DNA of 64,000 bases from Vicinamibacterales bacterium. GTDB taxonomy: Bacteria > Acidobacteriota > Vicinamibacteria > Vicinamibacterales > UBA8438. A model generated the notes under the pieces. It was not told the origin of the DNA, did not search any database, and saw nothing but the letters and a program-made list of their open reading frames with translations. Both the position numbers and the translations under genes were made by a program. This document shows positions 53,912 to 62,794 of this stretch, in pieces. The stretch is taken from contig OZ252042.1 in NCBI GenBank assembly GCA_965247955.1, forward strand, positions 1,968,323 to 2,032,322. Direction: 5' to 3'. The first letter of the stretch is position 1; the number at the start of each line of letters is the position of its first letter.

Positions 53912-54106
53912 TACTCCGTGCGGTGATGGAATAAAGCCGGCCCAACAGCATAGAACACCTGCCAGGAATCAAAACGACAAGGGGGTGCTCCCTTGTTTAT
54001 GTGATGATGCTGGAATCACAGGATCGGAGAGAGAGGAATGATGAATCGACGCAAGGCCGTAAGTGAAATCTTAGAGATTCGGAAGCCGCTGTGAGATATT
54101 GTCAAG

Positions 54107-55500
54107 AGTTGTGGATCCGCGATTAGCGTGATCAGGCGGCTTCCTTCCGATCCTCCTCGGTGTTTGGTTCCTGCTGCACTCCGTCGATGAAGACCACACC
54201 AGCCCGCACGAGCGGCAGCAGGTGTGCGGCATTGAGTCGCCGCCACCGCCGCTGGGCCATGTCGAGCAACTTGTAAGCCATCAGTAGGCCCTTGGTGCGA
54301 GAGCCGGCCCCCTTGGTGACCCGTTGCCGCAAGCGGACCGTGGCGAACGGCGATTCGATGACGTTCGTGGTCCGGAGATGAATCCCGTGTTCGGCTGGAA
54401 AGGCGAAGAAGGTCAGGAGCGCCTCCCGGTCGGTCGCCAGGCACGCGGCCGCTTTCGGATACTTCGCCTCGTACTCCGCGACGAAGGTGTCGAGATGTTC
54501 CTCGGCCTGCTCGCGCGTCTCCGCCGCCAGGATGTCGTGCAGCGCGCGCTTGGCCTTGGGCTGGAGACGTTTCGGGAGCTTGTCCAGGACATTTTCCAGC
54601 TTGTGGAACCAGTCGCGTTGCTCGGCCGTCTGGGGCCACACGTCCCGGACGGCGCTCCAGAACCCCAGGGCCCCATCGCCAACCGCGACCACGGGCGCCT
54701 CGAGCCCGCGGCGCTGCAGCCCTCGCAACAGCTCCGCCCAGCTCTCGGCACTTTCGCGGTACCCGTCCTCGAGCGCGACGAGCTCCTTCGTCCCGTCGGC
54801 GCGCGCGCCGATGACCACCAGCGTGCACAGGCGGTCGTCCTCCAGCCGGATGTTGAAGTGAATCCCGTCGACCCAGACATAGACGTAGTCCCGATCGGCC
54901 AGGTCGCGCTGCCGGAACTGCCGATACTCGTCTTCCCAGACCGCGGTCAGCCGCGCGATGTTGGTCGCGCTCAGCCCGGCCGCGTCGTCTCCCAGCAGCA
55001 CGGGCAGCGCTTCGCGGAAGTCGCCCGTGGACAACCCGCGGAGATAGAGAATCGGCAGCACCTCGGCCACCTTGGGGGACCGGCGCATGTAGGGCGGAAG
55101 GATCCGGCTGGTGAACCGCTCGCGCTGGCCCGTGGCATCGACCCGCTTGTCGTTCACCCGCGGCGCTCGCACCTCCACTGTGCCCGCCCCACACGTGACC
55201 TTCCGGGCCTCGGCCTGACCGTGGCGGACCACCAGTCGCCGCCCGCTCGCGTCGCGAGCCTCCTGGTAGGCGTCCACATACTGGGCCACCTCGACCTGCA
55301 GGGCTGCCATCAGCATCCGCCGAGCACCCTCCCGGGCCAAGTCGTCCAGCGGCGGAGTCGCGGGCGTTTCTTCCGTTTCCGTCGTCGTGTCGAGTACCTT
55401 CAGCATGGGTGGCGTCTCCTTTCACCGGCCTGCCAGCCGGCGTCTCACGTTGATTACGCGAAAGGATACGCCGCCTTCTTCACGCTCCCGATCCACAACT
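54107..55500. mobile_element. IS256-family insertion sequence
   Basis: About 1.39 kb. Imperfect terminal inverted repeats start AGTTGTGGATC (54107-54117) and, reverse-complemented, 55490-55500, with further shared blocks AGCGTGA and AGGCGGC. No obvious target duplication. Confidence 0.65.
54132..55406 (-). CDS. IS256-family (Mutator-type) transposase
   Basis: 424 aa. YLRGLSTGDF, VWVDGIHFNIR, VGDGALGFW, FFAFPAEH and RTTNVIES motifs. Confidence 0.9.
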   Translation of the reverse strand: MLKVLDTTTETEETPATPPLDDLAREGARRMLMAALQVEVAQYVDAYQEARDASGRRLVVRHGQAEARKVTCGAGTVEVRAPRVNDKRVDATGQRERFTSRILPPYMRRSPKVAEVLPILYLRGLSTGDFREALPVLLGDDAAGLSATNIARLTAVWEDEYRQFRQRDLADRDYVYVWVDGIHFNIRLEDDRLCTLVVIGARADGTKELVALEDGYRESAESWAELLRGLQRRGLEAPVVAVGDGALGFWSAVRDVWPQTAEQRDWFHKLENVLDKLPKRLQPKAKRALHDILAAETREQAEEHLDTFVAEYEAKYPKAAACLATDREALLTFFAFPAEHGIHLRTTNVIESPFATVRLRQRVTKGAGSRTKGLLMAYKLLDMAQRRWRRLNAAHLLPLVRAGVVFIDGVQQEPNTEEDRKEAA

Positions 55501-55505
55501 TTGGG

Positions 55506-55982
55506 TTATATCTCTTCCACGTACGGATTCGAAGGTATCTTACCCAACAACCTGGCGTACACCGTTAGTGCCCCTCGGTGGTGCGCCGTGTGATCGGCGA
55601 TGCCTCCGAATATCGCAGTTCGAGGAAGGCCCCCCATGATTGGACCCTCGGGCAGCGGTTGCCCCCACTCGTCCTCGGTTCTGCTGGCGATGACCTTTGT
55701 ACCGTTCTCTATGGCTCGCTTGAGCCAGGCGCGGGCTTGTGCGAGCGAGCGAACGGCCCGAACCTCACGTTCATGGGCCTCGAAGTTCATATCAAACCCA
55801 TCCAGGCTGAATGCACCTTCGATGAACCAATCGATGGTTTGTGCTGCATGGGCCACTTGGTTGGCAGCCGTGAACACACCCTCAGCAGGCGCGAATCCAG
55901 AGTCGTCCTCGGTGAGACTTCGAGTACTGCGGTCAAAGAACTCGTACGCGGCGTTTAGCTGACCGATTAGGGCATTCTTCAT
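55506..55982 (-). CDS. DinB-family (DinB_2) protein
   Basis: 158 aa. AHAAQTIDWF ... ADHTAHHRGALTVYARLLG His triad pattern. Confidence 0.75.
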   Translation of the reverse strand: MKNALIGQLNAAYEFFDRSTRSLTEDDSGFAPAEGVFTAANQVAHAAQTIDWFIEGAFSLDGFDMNFEAHEREVRAVRSLAQARAWLKRAIENGTKVIASRTEDEWGQPLPEGPIMGGLPRTAIFGGIADHTAHHRGALTVYARLLGKIPSNPYVEEI

Positions 55983-56390
55983 TTCTCCACTCCTTAAAGC
56001 TTCATTGCAAACAGTGTCGCGATTGTTCTGGCCGGAGCGTGTGGACGAACAGATATTCTCCTCTCCCAGGGAGAAGGATCCGGCCCAAGCGGCTATCCAT
56101 AAACAGCCCGTATGAGCGCCGTGCGCCCCAGCCGCCGGTTTTCATCTCTCAGAGGCTGAGCTCTTTTTCCGGCTGCTTGTTGTAGAAGATGCATTCAGAG
56201 AGTCCGACCCAGAAAACAAGGAGCTGTTTCGGTACTTTCGGCGATCAAAACACATGGTGCGCTCAAAGGGAAACCCGCCCGCATATGACCCGTATAGACA
56301 GAGGACACCCGTAATATTAACCGTATTCCACAAGCTTTCAGTCCCCGTAATAGTAAAGCTATCATCCTGCTAAGTGATTGATTTAAAAGG

Positions 56391-56448
56391 TGGTGCGGAA
56401 GGGGGGATTTGAACCCCCACGGTGTTGCCACCGCCAGCCCCTCAAGCC
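56391..56448 (-). other. 3' half of a tRNA-Leu(GAG) gene (anticodon loop to CCA); candidate att core
   Basis: The minus strand reads GGC-TTGAGGG-GCTGG, variable arm CGGTGGCAACACCGT, T arm GGGGGTTCAAATCCCCC, acceptor CTTCCGC-A-CCA. No matching 5' acceptor strand or D arm lies upstream. Confidence 0.7.
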
Positions 56449-56513
56449 ACTGCGATCTCGCAATAATCCCTATGGATATTGGCCCATTTCGGTTTCTGGC
56501 CTGAACGTGTCCG

Positions 56514-57737
56514 TCAACTCACACCCGTGTTTGGAGGGGTTTTCCTTCTCGCGCTCTGAGCACTCCCCATATTTTTCACAGACGCTGGAGGGCTGGCCTT
56601 GACCGGCGCCATGACGATGTCCGCCAAGGGCAGCCGGGCCGATAGGCGCTCGACGGCGTCGATCAGGTGTCGAGGGCGCAGGTGGGTGTACTTGCGCGTG
56701 GTCGCAGCGTCGGTGTGGCCCATGAGGGCACTGCGCTTACTCTCCGAGATCTCCAGGTCCGCCATCTCCGTCTGCGCTATATGGCGGAGCGAGTGAAACG
56801 TGACCCCGTTCCTGGTGAGCCCATAGACGAGGTCGGCCTTCTCCGCCGCGCGTCGGACGCCATGCCGGATGTCGTGCACCGGCTGTCCTCGGTAGGTCAC
56901 CACATACGGGCTCCCGCTGCCCCGGTGCTGGCGCTCCTCGAGGATCGTCCGGAGCTGCGCGGAGATGGGGTGCACCAGTGGGCGCCGAATCTTCCGCACC
57001 GTCTTGTGTCCCGGAATCGTGATGAACTCCAACCCGGGATCGAGGTGCTCATCAAAGCGGAGTTGCAGAATGTTGCGGAGCCGGAGGGTTGGGGCAAGAG
57101 CGCCAATCGCGACGGCCAACCGGATATGATACGGGGCCTCCGCGATCCAGGCCCGGAGCTGCGCGGGTGTCACCGTGACGTCGCGTGAGACCGTCTGATC
57201 GCGCTCGATCGCGAGGAACGGGTTCATCGTGATGCCCGTGACCTTGCGATACTTCGGCAGCATGGCCACCCGGTACATCCGACTCATCACCGACCGATAG
57301 TGGTTCCGTGTTTGGGGGGAACAGCGCGGTCGGTGGGCCATCCACGCCTCGAAGCGTTCGATCCAATCAGGATCGACAATGGGGTCGGCCAAGGTCAGGT
57401 TGTGGTACGGATCGCGCTCGGACAGGACCGCGCCGGGATCACTCGGCCGGGCACCCCAAAACCGAAGGACCACACGCAGGACAGCTTCGACATGATCGGG
57501 GCGCGCGAGCCGCGCGGCGGCGTGCGTGTAATACACCTCGGCCCCCTCACTGAACCGCGGCGCGTCCTGCTCACGAGGAATCCCCGCCCAGGCGCGGCGC
57601 ACACGCTGCTTCATGGCGTCTTCGGCGCGACGGGCGTCGGTCAGCGTGAGCTGGCCGGTCGTGCCGCGGTAGCGCTTCCCTCGGAACACGAAGTCATAGG
57701 AATACGAGCGGCCCTTCTTCTGGCGGTAGACCGTCAT
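56514..57737 (-). CDS. int: tyrosine integrase (intact)
   Basis: 407 aa. HSLRHIAQTEM and MGHTDAATTRKYTHL contain the HxxR, H and catalytic Y. Confidence 0.9.
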   Translation of the reverse strand: MTVYRQKKGRSYSYDFVFRGKRYRGTTGQLTLTDARRAEDAMKQRVRRAWAGIPREQDAPRFSEGAEVYYTHAAARLARPDHVEAVLRVVLRFWGARPSDPGAVLSERDPYHNLTLADPIVDPDWIERFEAWMAHRPRCSPQTRNHYRSVMSRMYRVAMLPKYRKVTGITMNPFLAIERDQTVSRDVTVTPAQLRAWIAEAPYHIRLAVAIGALAPTLRLRNILQLRFDEHLDPGLEFITIPGHKTVRKIRRPLVHPISAQLRTILEERQHRGSGSPYVVTYRGQPVHDIRHGVRRAAEKADLVYGLTRNGVTFHSLRHIAQTEMADLEISESKRSALMGHTDAATTRKYTHLRPRHLIDAVERLSARLPLADIVMAPVKASPPASVKNMGSAQSARRKTPPNTGVS

Positions 57738-57762
57738 GGCCTGTCCGATCTGACGAACGTGC

Positions 57763-57993
57763 TCACGGCGGCGGCTTCCCCCGGTTGATCTGTTGTCCGC
57801 ATTGCTTCCTCGGGCGCCAGATTAGGAACAGAGCTGGCACTACGAGTACAAGCATTACTAGCGAGACCACGCCATGACGCGCTGAACCCGTCACGAACTC
57901 GATACCAGCAGCAGCCACCAGGGTGGCGACGACCCACGCGACGACGTTGAGCGCGATGCCTCTAACTCCCACGCGACTGTCCGCGCCGCCCAC
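57763..57993 (-). CDS. small membrane protein (2 TM)
   Basis: IALNVVAWVVATLVAAAGI and VVSLVMLVLVVPALFLI are hydrophobic segments. The start overlaps repressor remnant R1. Confidence 0.35.
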   Translation of the reverse strand: MGGADSRVGVRGIALNVVAWVVATLVAAAGIEFVTGSARHGVVSLVMLVLVVPALFLIWRPRKQCGQQINRGKPPP

Positions 57994-58073
57994 GTCACCT
58001 CGCCGATGATCACGGCGTCCGCAGGCCAGGGCCGCATCGGCCAGTCCTGTTTGTCCGGGTTGTCGCTCACGAG
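57977..58073 (-). pseudogene. repressor 3'-end remnant R1 (most divergent)
   Basis: The minus strand reads LVSDNPDKQDWPMRPWPADAVIIGEVTWAART. Compare the full copy: LVSDNKAYKPVPWPRDGQVIGQVMWTGRTL. Confidence 0.55.
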
Positions 58074-58149
58074 CATGCCTTCGGCGACGCGACCCTTGGC
58101 TATCCCAGTGTGTCTCTCCTCATAGCGCCCGCCCCTGCGTTGCGCTACG

Positions 58150-58872
58150 ATGGAGGGCGAAAGAGGCGGCATCATAGACGCAGGCGAACGGCACGAGATG
58201 CAGCAAGGACTCGCGGGGACGGCCCTCAATGCGATTGTTCGCCCGGATCTGATCACCGTGGTGACAGACACCCTCGCCGTAGACCTCCACGCCCGGACTC
58301 CGACCAAGTTCTCATCGAAGGTCGTGCTGCTCCCACACCTCCAGGGGGTTGTCTGCGGCACGGGATCTTTCAATCTCCTAATGGATTGGTTTCGGATCGT
58401 CGAACAACAGATCGTCGCGCGGGACCTCCCTCATGCGGGCCGCTACGCGCCCCCCCTCTTACGACAACTGGCCAGCGCCTTGGTGTCGACGCACAAGACG
58501 CCTGACGCGGGCATGGGTGTCGTGTATCACTTCGGCGTGTGTTCTCGGACGAATAGCTGTCGCGCCTTCGGGTTCGACTCAGAGCGAGCGTTCGAACCGC
58601 GAGAGTACACGAATTGCCTGATTCTGCGGCCAGCATTCGACTCACTCCCACCACCGCCGACAGGTGACGAGGATGCGCGTAATTGGTTCATTCGAATGGT
58701 AGACGCACAGCGAGCGCTCGGTGGGAATGAGACGACGCGCACGCCCCGAATTGGTGGCGAACTACCCCTCACGACCATTGGAAAGCACGGCCTGTCAGTG
58801 CAGACGATTCATCGGTTTGATGACTACGAATCCGACTACGCGGCCATGCTCGCCGGGATGGCGCCGGCGTAG
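58150..58872 (+). CDS. hypothetical protein
   Basis: 240-aa ORF with no family recognised. Only plus-strand gene inside the cassette array. Confidence 0.4.
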   Translation: MEGERGGIIDAGERHEMQQGLAGTALNAIVRPDLITVVTDTLAVDLHARTPTKFSSKVVLLPHLQGVVCGTGSFNLLMDWFRIVEQQIVARDLPHAGRYAPPLLRQLASALVSTHKTPDAGMGVVYHFGVCSRTNSCRAFGFDSERAFEPREYTNCLILRPAFDSLPPPPTGDEDARNWFIRMVDAQRALGGNETTRTPRIGGELPLTTIGKHGLSVQTIHRFDDYESDYAAMLAGMAPA

Positions 58873-58916
58873 CGCATCACCTGCCCCAGAACAGCCGTCG
58901 CTCGCCTCTGCCTGGC

Positions 58917-58946
58917 TCACAGCGTCCGCCCCGTCCACATCACCTG
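58917..58946 (-). pseudogene. repressor 3'-end remnant R2 (30 nt)
   Basis: The minus strand reads QVMWTGRTL-stop, preceded by an in-frame TAG. Confidence 0.6.
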
Positions 58947-59041
58947 CTACGGCTCCCGCGGGTGCGCCGTGTCCCACTCGCGCGCGCGGCGCCGCGCCTC
59001 GGCGGTCTGCTCGCGGGTCATCTGCGCGGCCAGGGCAGCGC

Positions 59042-59497
59042 TCAGTCTTCAATCATAGTCTCGACCTCGAACCCTGCCGCGCCCAACGCCGCCCGGAGCT
59101 GCCGCTGGTTCTTCTTGTCCAACCGCATGTAGGCATAGCCGCCGTCCCACTCGATCGTGAGCCAGTGCTTCTTGCCGGGGGAGAACAAAGCCAACGGCGA
59201 GAGGAAGATGGCGCTCTTCAGCCGTGGCGACTTCGCCCGCTCGTAGCGGACGCTGGTGACATCGGCGAACGGCACCACGGCGTAGGTGGCCTTCTCTGCG
59301 CCCTTCTTCTCGTCCACGATCGCGATCGTCTGGGCCTCGCGGTCGAGCTCCAGGCGGGCGTCGCGTTTCTTTTCGTCTTGTTCGCCGTTGTCCTTGGTCA
59401 CGACTTCAAAGTAGTCGACCTTCCGAAACTCCACCACGTCCGCGGCCAGCACCGGTACGGACACCAGCACCAGGCCGCTCCACATCATGCGTGTCAT
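59042..59497 (-). CDS. secreted protein, unknown function
   Basis: Signal peptide MTRMMWSGLVLVSVPVLAA. 151 aa. Confidence 0.5.
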   Translation of the reverse strand: MTRMMWSGLVLVSVPVLAADVVEFRKVDYFEVVTKDNGEQDEKKRDARLELDREAQTIAIVDEKKGAEKATYAVVPFADVTSVRYERAKSPRLKSAIFLSPLALFSPGKKHWLTIEWDGGYAYMRLDKKNQRQLRAALGAAGFEVETMIED

Positions 59498-59507
59498 GTT
59501 CTCCTCC

Positions 59508-60100
59508 TTAGAGATCCAGCTTCAGTCGGTGGCACTTCTTGAACTTCTTCCCGCTGCCGCAGGGACAGGGGGCGTTGGGCCGCACGCCAGCGAAGTTGGC
59601 TCGGTGTATTTCATCCACGTAGTCGATGCGAACGGATGAGGGCGTGCGGAACGACATCCAGGTCTGCCCATCAAGTTGGTGATGGAGAAATCGCCAAGGC
59701 AGATGACGTCCATGCCAAGAATGACGTCGAACCCGTTACGTGTCGGGAATTCAGTAACAAGTGCGCCGGCGATCCTAACCTCGTTCGGAAGCGTGAAGTT
59801 GACAAGGTAGAGTAACCGGTTGCTTGAGCCGTCCGCGTGGTGAACGGTCGTCTAACCAACCGGGATGAGGTCGAGTTGCTGCACGAGGTCGGTGGCAATC
59901 ACGCTCTTCGTTGCACCGGTGTCCCACAGTGCTCGGGTCGTGATGAGGAGCGGGAGTACCGCCGGCGGCGTCAGGGGCTCGTAGGCCGCGCAGACTTTGA
60001 CGTCACTGATGATGCGGTCGAGTCGTCCGGGTCCCCTTTACCGTGAGCGCACTCGGCCTGTGTGCTGGCCTCGGGTCAGACACGCACCAATCCCGGCGGC
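59508..60100 (-). pseudogene. retropepsin-like protease with SEC-C motif, disrupted paralogue of 29649-30278
   Basis: ALWDTGAT active site and C-terminal [13 protein letters not shown] are present. Interrupted by an in-frame TAA near 60048, a TAG at 59852-59854 and a frame break near 59650-59670. Confidence 0.6.
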
Positions 60101-60103
60101 CGT

Positions 60104-60322
60104 TCAGTTAATGGTGACCGTATACGCACCTGAGCCAGGTTCACACGGCTGGAGCATGAAGGTGCCGAGCGGAAACTGCTTTCCTGCGGACACGTAGGCA
60201 GCCAACGCGGAGTCGTACGCGCCCTCGATGCGCTCGCCGCGGATCACAAGCACCTTCCCGCGATGCTTGGCGACGAGCTCGTCCTGGTAGGCAACGAAGA
60301 ACGCGAGTTCCTTGTCGAACAT
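60104..60322 (-). CDS. small DUF5678-like protein, paralogue of 30271-30510
   Basis: HRGKVLVIRGERIEGAYDSALAAYVSA...GTFMLQPC has the same layout as the 79-aa partner protein. Confidence 0.5.
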   Translation of the reverse strand: MFDKELAFFVAYQDELVAKHRGKVLVIRGERIEGAYDSALAAYVSAGKQFPLGTFMLQPCEPGSGAYTVTIN

Positions 60323-60461
60323 TAGCCCCTCCTCTTCAGATTCCAGAGGCTCCTTGATTCTACGTCCAGCGTCGGGGTCTCAGCAAACGCGGGATGCTCA
60401 AGCGTCGTCGCCCTGGACCTCCTTCGCCAGCGACGGACATCGGGGCTCGACGTGCAGGGCG

Positions 60462-60554
60462 TCACAGCGTCCACCCCGTCCACATGACCTGCCCGAGCAC
60501 CTGACCGTCGCGCGGCCACGGCACTGGCGTATACGCCGGGTTGTCGCTCACGAG
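60462..60554 (-). pseudogene. repressor 3'-end remnant R3
   Basis: LVSDNPAYTPVPWPRDGQVLGQVMWTGWTL-stop, preceded by an in-frame TAG. Confidence 0.65.
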
Positions 60555-61021
60555 CTACTAGCGGCGGCGGCGCCCGTTGGGGTGTCGGGTCTCTTTTGCG
60601 CAAAGGTGGACAGTAGAACCAGACTCGCGAGCACGATGATCGCGATGCCCCACGACAGCGACACGCTCGCTAGAGCCATTTCACTGATTTCTTGAGCCAG
60701 ACCCGCGAATGGATTGTCGGCAGACAGCTCATCTTCTGCGAGGCTGCTGGCCAATTCAGCCCGGCGAACAAAGTAGTAGATCACGCCAGCCGCGACGTAG
60801 AGCGCACTCACAATACCCGTCAGACCAACTGCGCGCGGCTTCTCGGTTAGCCCGGCAACAACGGCAGCCACCCCGAAGACAAGCAGGGCAACCCCAGCGG
60901 CCCAGTGCAACGCGAAGGGGGACAAGGTCCCGACAATCGGAAGAGACACTACTGGAGCGAACGCCGCCACTATCAGCCCAGCGCCGCCGATCATTCCACA
61001 GAGTTGTGCGTTGATAGTCAC
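60548..61021 (-). CDS. 4-TM membrane protein
   Basis: 157 aa with four long hydrophobic segments. GTG start. Confidence 0.5.
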   Translation of the reverse strand: MTINAQLCGMIGGAGLIVAAFAPVVSLPIVGTLSPFALHWAAGVALLVFGVAAVVAGLTEKPRAVGLTGIVSALYVAAGVIYYFVRRAELASSLAEDELSADNPFAGLAQEISEMALASVSLSWGIAIIVLASLVLLSTFAQKRPDTPTGAAAASSS

Positions 61022-61078
61022 TGTGTTCTCCTCAGAATGTCCTTGGAGTTGATCGGAGGTTCGTCGTCCGGACGCCCC

Positions 61079-61218
61079 TCACAACGTTCTCCCCGTCCAC
61101 ATGACTTGCCCCAGCACCACAGCGTCACGTGGCCACGGCACCGGCTTGTACGCCTTGTGGTCGCTCACCAATTGCCAGCCGTCCTCGGTGCGCTGAAGCC
61201 CCTTGACCACCGGGCCGT
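61079..61218 (-). pseudogene. repressor 3'-end remnant R4
   Basis: GPVVKGLQRTEDGWQLVSDHKAYKPVPWPRDAVVLGQVMWTGRTL-stop. Nucleotide similarity to the full copy ends at 61218. Confidence 0.7.
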
Positions 61219-61226
61219 CTGTTCTC

Positions 61227-61685
61227 TCAACGAGGGATCGTCTTCGTCTCGGCCGCCCCTGGCACAAGAACTTCAAAGCGATCATCCCAAACGGACAGCA
61301 GTACGGTGTCTCGCGCACAGCCGTTAGGACACAGATCGCTCGTGACCGGTACGTCAATAAGAATCTCTGGCTCGTTGCGGCCAAGCGGGTAGAAGTAAAG
61401 CTGTTGGGTTGTGCCGACAGCTAGGCTCTCGTAGTCGCGGAAGTCACCACCAGACTCTAAGTTCGGAAACCAAGAACCTTCTCCCATGAGCCAAATCTCT
61501 GTCCTTTGTCCCTCAACGGGAATCTGATCCGTCTCGTCGCTCACAGACACGCGTAGCGTGATTGCGGATGCGACTTCCTGGGTGACGGGGCCGTCTTCCG
61601 GCACAGAATTACCAGGCGCGCCGCACGCCGCCGAGGTTAGGATGCTCACTGCGAGCGTCCCAACCCATGCGTGATTCCTGTTCAT
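61227..61685 (-). CDS. lipoprotein, unknown function
   Basis: MNRNHAWVGTLAVSILTSAAC signal/lipobox. The start ATG overlaps the stop of remnant R5 (ATGA). Confidence 0.55.
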   Translation of the reverse strand: MNRNHAWVGTLAVSILTSAACGAPGNSVPEDGPVTQEVASAITLRVSVSDETDQIPVEGQRTEIWLMGEGSWFPNLESGGDFRDYESLAVGTTQQLYFYPLGRNEPEILIDVPVTSDLCPNGCARDTVLLSVWDDRFEVLVPGAAETKTIPR

Positions 61686-61945
61686 AACGTTCTCCCCGTC
61701 CACATCACTTGCCCCAACACGACCGCCCCGTCCGGCCACGGCACCGGCTTGTAGGCTTTGTTGTCGCTGACAAGCTGCCAGCCGTCCTCGGTGCGCTGAA
61801 GCCGCTTGACCACCGGGCCGTTTTCGGTGCGCACCGCGAAGATCTTGTCCCGCCGCCGCACGGTGCGCTGAAAGTCCACGAGGATCATCGCGCGGTTCTC
61901 GAGCGTCGGCTCTATCGAATCGCCGGTGACTTCGATGACGCGGCA
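61682..61945 (-). pseudogene. repressor 3'-end remnant R5 (S24 peptidase domain only)
   Basis: CRVIEVTGDSIEPTL...WQLVSDNKAYKPVPWPDGAVVLGQVMWTGRTL-stop. A stretch of about 95 nt is identical to the full copy. Confidence 0.75.
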
Positions 61946-61959
61946 CGGCGTCTCGCGGC

Positions 61960-62046
61960 CAGCCCTGAACGAGCTCGTCAACCCTTTTCGACGACATTCC
62001 CATCTTCACCGCCGCGTCAACGTGACTGAGCTCGCGTGGCTTCAGG
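61960..62046 (-). pseudogene. HigA-like HTH fragment
   Basis: LKPRELSHVDAAVKMGMSSKRVDELVQG. Compare HigA at 8274-8561: LQPGELTQVDAAAQMGISRNRLNELIQG. Out of frame with R5. Confidence 0.45.
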
Positions 62047-62472
62047 CTTCGGGCTTCTGCAGCCGTCGATGCTGCACATCCCGGGGCCGCGCGTCGCGAT
62101 GTACAGAAACGCGAAGGAGTACAACGCAGCGAGCTCACCGGCGTTCTGAATCGGCCACAGTCCGCGAGGCTGATGGCTCAGGAAGTAGGCCGCCGCCATT
62201 TCACCGCTGCAGATGAATGCCGTCGGTACGGTAAAAAAACCGAACATGATGAGCGGGCCGCCGATGCCCTCGAGGACACCAGCCACCCATCTGAGCGTTC
62301 CGAACTCCACGGCAGTGCCGCCAAGCAACCCCCACTTTTGGAGCCCATGAAACATGAAGAGAAAACCGATGACGATGCGCACGGCGGCATACGCGTGGGG
62401 TTCGAACGGCCTCAACATCCGGAACATAATGCCTCCTGCAAGACTGGGAAAGAGAACCTTGAACTCATGCAC
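62017..62472 (-). CDS. DoxX-family membrane protein
   Basis: RIVIGFLFMFHGLQKW ... GPLIMFGFFT ... GEMAAAYF pattern. The C-terminal tail reads into the HigA fragment. Confidence 0.7.
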   Translation of the reverse strand: MHEFKVLFPSLAGGIMFRMLRPFEPHAYAAVRIVIGFLFMFHGLQKWGLLGGTAVEFGTLRWVAGVLEGIGGPLIMFGFFTVPTAFICSGEMAAAYFLSHQPRGLWPIQNAGELAALYSFAFLYIATRGPGMCSIDGCRSPKPEATRAQSR

Positions 62473-62496
62473 AGGACGGCCTTGCTGGTGTATCCC

Positions 62497-62605
62497 TCAC
62501 AGCGTCCGTCCCGCCCACATCACCTGCCCGAGCACCTGAGCGTTTCGCGGCCACGGCGCGGGCTTATACGCCGGGTTGTCGCTGACGAGCTGCCAGCCGT
62601 CCTCG
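62497..62605 (-). pseudogene. repressor 3'-end remnant R6
   Basis: EDGWQLVSDNPAYKPAPWPRNAQVLGQVMWAGRTL-stop. Lies 25 nt upstream of the DoxX start. Confidence 0.7.
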
Positions 62606-62794
62606 TCACCAAGTAATGTTCCTGGCGAAAGCGACCTTGGCCCCTACAGCAATCTGCCGTTCGTCTGGCGTGTACACGCCAATCGTGTAGTCGTACTCGC
62701 CTGGGCCGATTTCCCTCTGTGGTGGAGTATCTGCGTATGATTTCACCATTCTACGAAGTTGTCGCCAAGCTCTTGTGCACGAGCCTGCGGGGTG

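Noticed and set aside
54016-55425. 469-aa alternative-frame ORF on the minus strand within IS256. Also a GGATCGG match at about 54021 considered as the IS end.
   Set aside because: The 424-aa frame carries the IS256 transposase motifs, and the other frame is Arg/Gly-rich. The AGTTGTGGATC ends at 54107 and 55500 give a more typical 1.39-kb IS, with the transposase stop inside the IR.
56391-56480. Intact tRNA-Leu gene.
   Set aside because: Only the anticodon loop, variable arm, T arm and 3' acceptor strand are present. No GCGGAAG 5' acceptor strand or D arm lies upstream, and the anticodon stem pairs poorly. Treated as a 3' fragment (att core).
62606-62750. 48-aa minus-strand ORF (MVKSYADTPPQREIGPGEYDYTIGVYTPDERQIAVGAKVAFARNITW) between the small lipoprotein gene and remnant R6.
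   Set aside because: It is too short, has no recognisable motif, and its stop overlaps R6. It may be real cargo, but I cannot support it from sequence alone.
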